NCBI RefSeq assembly: GCF_011745625.1
Contig: NW_027191491.1
Coordinates: 1 to 64,000 of the forward strand
Direction of reading: 5' to 3'
Length of the DNA stretch: 64,000 nt
Origin: Cladosporium halotolerans
Taxonomy: Eukaryota
The notes under the pieces: model-generated
Database searches by the model: none
The model's input: the letters and a program-made list of their open reading frames with translations, nothing else
What the model was told of the DNA's origin: nothing
In this document: in pieces, positions 58,616 through 64,000 of the stretch
Layout: each line of letters begins with the position of its first letter
Numbering within the stretch: the stretch's first letter is position 1
Translations under genes and position numbers: made by a program

Positions 58616-58849
58616 GGTCGGCTATTGTTGCCCAAATTCAGGGCATACTCCTGCGACTATCGCCGCATTTTTATCACCATTGTGTGATTTGTTATTGCGT
58701 TGCGATGCTGGCATTGTCATGAATGCGCAGCGTTGTGGCAGCGGGGACTCCCGCTTGTCGCTCACGGCGGCGACGTGGGTGGTGTATGCGCTGAGATCTG
58801 CTCAGCAGGTCTGCAGATTGCGCAGGGACGCCAGGGCAACTCCCTCGAG

Positions 58850-59570
58850 GACGCCATACCCCTGAAATACACCCTCGGAGCATGCTACTATGCTTACAAG
58901 GCGAGCGCCTTCTTGGGCAGGCTCAGGGAGGCCTGCCGATGCTATTACTCCCTGCAGCACCTCCGCGGCAGCGAACACTTTGCTCCGCTGGGACTACTAG
59001 GCGCTCGGGCCTGCCGGCATCTCCTCGGAGGACATCAGAATCTTGAAGCAGACCCTCAGAGCATGCTACGATGCCTGAGATGCGAGCGCCTTCTTGCGGC
59101 TGGCCTAGGGAGTCCTGTCGCTGCTTTTCCTCTCTGCAGCACCTCCGCGGCAGCCAGCGCATTGCTACGATGGCACTACAACCTGCTCGAGATTCGCGGC
59201 AGCGTGGCAACACTTCAGTTCACCGAGGGTCGAGGCAGCTAAATAGCATCTACAATAGCAAGAACTACTTCAGTCAGACTCCACAGCACTCGGCGAAAGC
59301 GTGAAAACCTCCGAGTCACACTCCGATCCCGTGAACTACAGCTACTTCGCGTGTTTAGCGCAAAACTCCTTTCTCGCGCTGACACTCCGGCTGTGCAAAA
59401 CCCGAGTCACACCTCGATCTCACGACCTACAGCTACTTCGAGCGCTGGAAGCAGAACGTCTTTCTCGCGCCGACATTACATGAAACTTCAAGTCACTGCA
59501 GTTTCGCGAATTACGCCTGCCCGACGCGCCGTATGCAAGCACCCTTCTCGCGCTGACACCATCCCCGCCA
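58850..59570 (+). repeat. Degenerate tandem repeats, periods about 181 bp and about 91 bp
   Basis: A ~100-bp block ACCCTC.GAGCATGCTAC...CTGCAGCACCTCCGCGGCAGC at 58871 and 59052; CGAGTCACAC at 59312/59403; CTACAGCTACTTCG at 59336/59427; TTCTCGCGCYGACA at about 59371, 59462 and 59545. Confidence 0.7.
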
Positions 59571-60531
59571 GAAACGCCTTAAGCGCCAACGAGCTCCGGC
59601 TCCTAAGCACCAGCCCTCAGAGGGCGAAGAGCTCTTGTTGCATTGCCAGGAGAACAAAGCGCGCTCGCCCTGCTCCCAGCAGAAGCATGTGTCGGCGGCA
59701 GCCTTCTCAGGGAAAAGAAGAAGGAGAAGGAGAAGGAGAGGAAGAAGACCTGCCCATTGCAGGCCACCAACCAAGCTTTGACAACCATGTCAAGCTTTTG
59801 CTGCCATCCACAAAGAGATGGAGCGAGCCCATCTTGCTGGACATAGCAGATGTGGTTGACCACGACATCTAGAGAACGAGATGTTAATGGCAGAGTGGTC
59901 GTATGATGAAGGTGCGTTCGAAGATCATGGGCCGAAGGGAGAGTCGATGGACGGGAGAGCGTTAGGGCGGCGCTCTCAGGTAAGCATTTAGGAGTACGAA
60001 AGCATAACATATCATTGGTATCTCTGTTTCTGCCACGGTTGGTATTACCGGGACTTCCATAGCGCTCACGGGAAACATACTGCTAAGGAGACCACACACA
60101 CTAGCATGGACAATACTGCTATTCCTACCACCGATGGTATTTGCACGTACCCGAGCGCACCCTGACCGGCCAAGACAAGTAGAAGCTGCCACGCTCGCAG
60201 TCGCAGTCGAGCAGGTGGAAGAATGCTGCCCCGGCATGAAGCTATGCGGCGTGAAGCGCGCTGGTTGTCGGAATCAAGCAGATAATGTGCAGCGAGCGGC
60301 GTTCGAGTCGATCAGAATACTGTATGAGGACCTCAGAAGTTGAGCCTGAGTGTAGCGTACAAACACAGAGTCCCGCCTTGGCCATCTTGGAGTCTCCAAC
60401 TAAGCCGAGTTGAAAATAAAATGCTGAATGCAGCATTGGCTTAAAGCTACACGGCGCGGAAGGGATACAAGTACAAGTTCGTGACAGCCTGGACGAAGTC
60501 GGGATGCCACAACATTTTTTTTGATTTTCAT

Positions 60532-62857
60532 CTAAGAATTACCACCCCCAAAAACACCCACCAACCTCTCCCTCTTCGCCTCCATCTCCTCCCACTCCGC
60601 CTCGCTCTCACTCAAAACCGTCACCGCCCCGCCAGCCCCGATCCTCCAATCCTCCCCGTCCCCACCATACCGAAACGCCGACCTAATCACAACGCTGAAA
60701 TCCCCGCCTCCGCCCACGTCCAGGTAGCCCAGCACGCCGCTGTACAGCCCGCGCGGGCGCTGGTTCTCGATCTGCGTGAGGAGCTCGCAGGAGCGCTTTT
60801 TCGGCGCGCCGGTCATGGAGCCTGGCGGGAGCGAGGCGGCGAGGACGGGCAAGCCGGAGGTCTGGGGCGAGAGAGTGCCGCTGATGACGGAGACGAGCTG
60901 GTAGACGGTGGCGTATTCTTCGATGGCCATGAGTTGCGGGACGTGGACTTTTGTGACGCTGTGAGGGGGGTTTGTTAGCCGGTTGTTAGGGATGGTTTGA
61001 TTTTTTTTTTTCTTGGAGAGGGTGAGGAACGTACCCTGCGACGCCGCTGAGGTCGTGCCGGATCAGGTCGACGATCATGAGATTCTCGGCCTGCTCTTTG
61101 GGCGTGCGCAGCTGCGCTTCGGCCGTGGCGCGGGTGGTGCTGGGGGTTTTCTTGACGGTGCCTTTGATGGGGCGGAATTGGCAGGCGCCGGCGCGGGACC
61201 AGGACAGGAAGCGTTCGGGGCTGCTGCCGACGAACTCGATGTTCTGCGCTGCGCTGGTTTGCGACTGCATGTTGAGGTAGGCGCTGAACGGCGCTGGGTT
61301 TGCTGCGCGCAGGCGGAGGTATAGGGACCAGGCGTCTTCGGTGGTGCGGATGCGCGTGCTGTCTGTGAGGCAGAGTTCGTAGGAAGAGCCGGCGCGGAGG
61401 CGGGATTGGCAGGTTTGGACTTTGGTGCAGTATTCGGTTTGTGCGGGTTCGCAGACTACTTTTGCTGCGGGCTTAGAGTGGCCGTTGGTTGTAGAACTTT
61501 GTTTGAGCGGTGTGTGAGCGGCAATGGCTGCCCTGGTTGAATTCAGCCATTCCGTATCCTTCTCCAGAAGACTCTGGATATAGACGGTGCCTTTCACATG
61601 GTCGAGGACGACAGATCGCTCCACGAAGATGAACCAGATGTCTGGGCGTGTTTCCGATGAGACCGGAGGTGGGACATCGATGGTCTCCAATCCAGCCTCG
61701 TAAGAAACGAAGCCGACAAAGCCTCCCCAGAAAGGCGACTCCGACGGTCCTCCAGAAGCTTTGCGGGCTTGCATAAGGTGCTCCAGAACATCGAAGACCT
61801 CGGAAGCGTTCATGCAGTTTTCAGTCGTGACGTCGGGGCCATCAATGATCTGCAAGCGGTGGCTAGACGTCGAGTAGCAGACCTGCGTAGCAGAAGTATC
61901 TTGTAGCCCGATGATGCTGAAACGGCCAGTTTCAGGATTCACGGGTTCACCACCACCGCGCGTGCCAGATTCTAGCAGCAAGGGTTCCGGAGAGCCCGGT
62001 AGACCGCGGAGTTCTTGCATGAGCGAGGGAAGGTCTACTGGCTTGCAGGGGTTGAGCGAGTTCCAGTATACTTTCGAATCAGTGTCGTTACCGTCAACGC
62101 CATTGCCATCTGTGTAGTGAGAATGGCCATTCGAGACGGGTGGCTTGACAGCCCTGCTCCGGCGGCTGTACTGATTCCAGTTGACGGCTTCTTGCCACCA
62201 ATTGTCGACTAGTTGGTGCCCTTCACGATTCGTGCAGATTGATTCAGGGTGATACTGCACGCCTCTGAAAGGCTTGGTAATGTGCCTGACGGCCATGAAG
62301 ATGGATCCATTTCCGGGGTCACTTAAGTCCCAAGCGAGAGGCTCGAGCTGCGGGCAAGTCTTCGTTGGCATCCAAAGCTGCGGATCGGTAGGTCCGGCAG
62401 TCATGGGATATCCAGCGTTAACGTGAAGGGAGTGATATTGCGTCGCTCGAACGTCACCAGTCCCAGAATACACATCCTTGCCGCAGTGAGTGACAGCAGT
62501 CACAAGCCCGTGGCGTGGCTGGGTCAGCCTTCCGACGCTAGCTCCATGCGCCAGACAAAGGCTTTGGAATCCAAGGCAAATACCCAGTACAGGCAAAAGG
62601 TGATCATTCGACAGAGTCCAGAGCTTCGCGATCAGACCCACGTCCTTCCGGTTGGCAGGGTGGCCAGGCCCAGGGCCGGCGACCACGGCATCGAACTGTT
62701 GAAGATGTTCGTGGAAGGCATCGTCGTTGAAGACGAAGCGATGGTCGTCGATGAAGACGGAGTCGACTGTGACTGAAAGGCGATCTTGGAGGAGGTTTAT
62801 GATGTTGTTCGAGAACGAGTCATAGGCGTCGATGAAGAGGATCCTTCCGCCGGACAT
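60532..62857 (-). CDS. ABZ1: Aminodeoxychorismate (PABA) synthase, fused PabA-PabB, 749 aa; exons 62857-61035, 60958-60532
   Basis: GATase motifs IDAYDSF, GPGPGHP, LGICLGFQ, YHSL, GVQYHPES; chorismate-binding motifs SYELCLT, SSPERFL, RPIKGT, AENLMIVDLIRHDL, PPGSMTGAPKKRS, RGLYSG, IGAGGA. Confidence 0.95.
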
Positions 62858-63515
62858 TCACACAGGTGCTGGCGAGGCGATACAAGGGCGAAAGATGTCT
62901 TCAGTACCGTCAAGGATGGTCAGTGGGCATGTTTGACCAGTGCAGGTAGGCGCAGGGAGTTTGGTCAAGATCGCATATGGCAAGAGGCAAATGTTGTACA
63001 TCGACTTATTATTAAGGCAGGTCCAGTCCCTTGGAAATTTTCTCGGACATTTTCCGCTTCGAGCGACCTTTGCACGACGATGGTACCTTTACTTCAAAGC
63101 ATCGCCATTTGCTTGGGATTAGAGAAATTACTCTGATTGACATGTACTATAATACCAATTGGTTCTGGCGCATGAATATAGAGATCAATATTCCATACTG
63201 TAATGATAAACAGGACGTCAACGGTGCCAGCCGGCCCATGCCGATCGCATTACCGCCTCTCGGGCCATCTCTCGGCACTCCAGGTACCGAACTCTGGCCC
63301 TGCAGTGATGCGCGGTGCCATTCTCGGGTCTCGCGTCTGCGATAAGTCACGTCGTGGCAGCGAGTCGCGTGAGGGGCAAGTCGCAGCAGACGAGCGTAGA
63401 AGGTCATCATCGTCCGCGCGCCAAGGCAGCGAGATCGACTCCCAATCCGGCCCTTATTTCTCCGCCTGGTTATCATCCCTCCGCGCCCCCTCCTCCTCCG
63501 CCTCCTCGTCCGGCT

Positions 63516-64000
63516 ATGTCCTCCGCCAGCGATGTGAAGCTGCCGCGCGAGCCCAAGTTCCCTACGCACAATGCGCCGCGCGTGTGGTTCGTTACCTGCG
63601 CCAACAGCCCTGTGGGCATCTCGCTGTGCACCCACCTGCTGGCCCATGGCGACTACGTGACGGCTGGTGTGCTGCCGGTGGAGTTTGAGAAGCAGCATGA
63701 TAGGAGCGCGGACTTCAAGGACTTTCTAGAGGAGGTGGGTACGCATCAAGATAAGGAAACATGGCGCGCTCGTTTGAGAGTCGTCGCATTGGACGTGCGG
63801 ATCATGGGCCAGTGCCAATCGGCCGTCGCGGAGGCCGTGCAGAGCTTCGGCCGGATTGACATACTCTTCTGTTGTCATTCGGAAGTGGTTGTTGGAACAG
63901 TCGAGGAATTAAGCCAGAGCCCAAGGACATTGACGCTGGTGCAAGATCAGTTCGAGACGAATTTCTTTGGACCGGTAAACATCATCAAAGCGACGCTGCC
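63516..64000 (+). CDS. Atypical short-chain dehydrogenase/reductase, 5' part (runs off the window)
   Basis: PRVWFVT..., LDVR, AVQSFGRIDIL, GTVEEL, QFETNFFGPVNIIKATL; frame stays open to the window end. Confidence 0.85.
   Translation, partial: MSSASDVKLPREPKFPTHNAPRVWFVTCANSPVGISLCTHLLAHGDYVTAGVLPVEFEKQHDRSADFKDFLEEVGTHQDKETWRARLRVVALDVRIMGQCQSAVAEAVQSFGRIDILFCCHSEVVVGTVEELSQSPRTLTLVQDQFETNFFGPVNIIKATL

Noticed and set aside
1..64000. CRISPR array, secondary-metabolite cluster, intact transposase/RT, RIP-mutated block
   Set aside because: No identical repeat-spacer array, no PKS/NRPS/terpene core, no DDE or RT motifs, and no strongly AT/TpA-rich tract seen.

Overview
Gene-dense eukaryotic window from a filamentous ascomycete (Pezizomycotina; a Dothideomycete is my best guess, by inference only). 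Introns are short GT-AG with CTRAC/CTAAT branch sites. About 19 protein-coding genes can be reconstructed, most of them housekeeping: secreted RlpA/expansin-like protein, SEC16, NEO1, a 4-TM hypothetical protein, a compact USP deubiquitinase, TRM9, UTR4, a KSP1-type kinase, a DUF1640 protein, PEX4, MAK16, RAD23, a 948-aa coiled-coil protein, a single-TM conserved hypothetical protein, GPI13, ELP5/IKI1, SEC22, ABZ1 and a truncated atypical SDR. I see no biosynthetic cluster, intact transposon, rRNA or canonical tRNA. The unexplained signals are non-coding or decayed: (i) about 13 local C/A-rich to G/T-rich skew switches, all of one polarity regardless of gene direction; (ii) a Pol III/tRNA-like element at 58.4-58.6 kb that appears to be split by a spliceosomal-type intron; (iii) a 1-kb element of inverted motif arrays at 30-31 kb; (iv) decayed tandem arrays with periods of about 118, 166 and 91/181 bp; (v) a kinase gene with a 1.5-kb ATG-depleted upstream region and strong downstream hairpins. 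All calls were made by eye, with no database searches.
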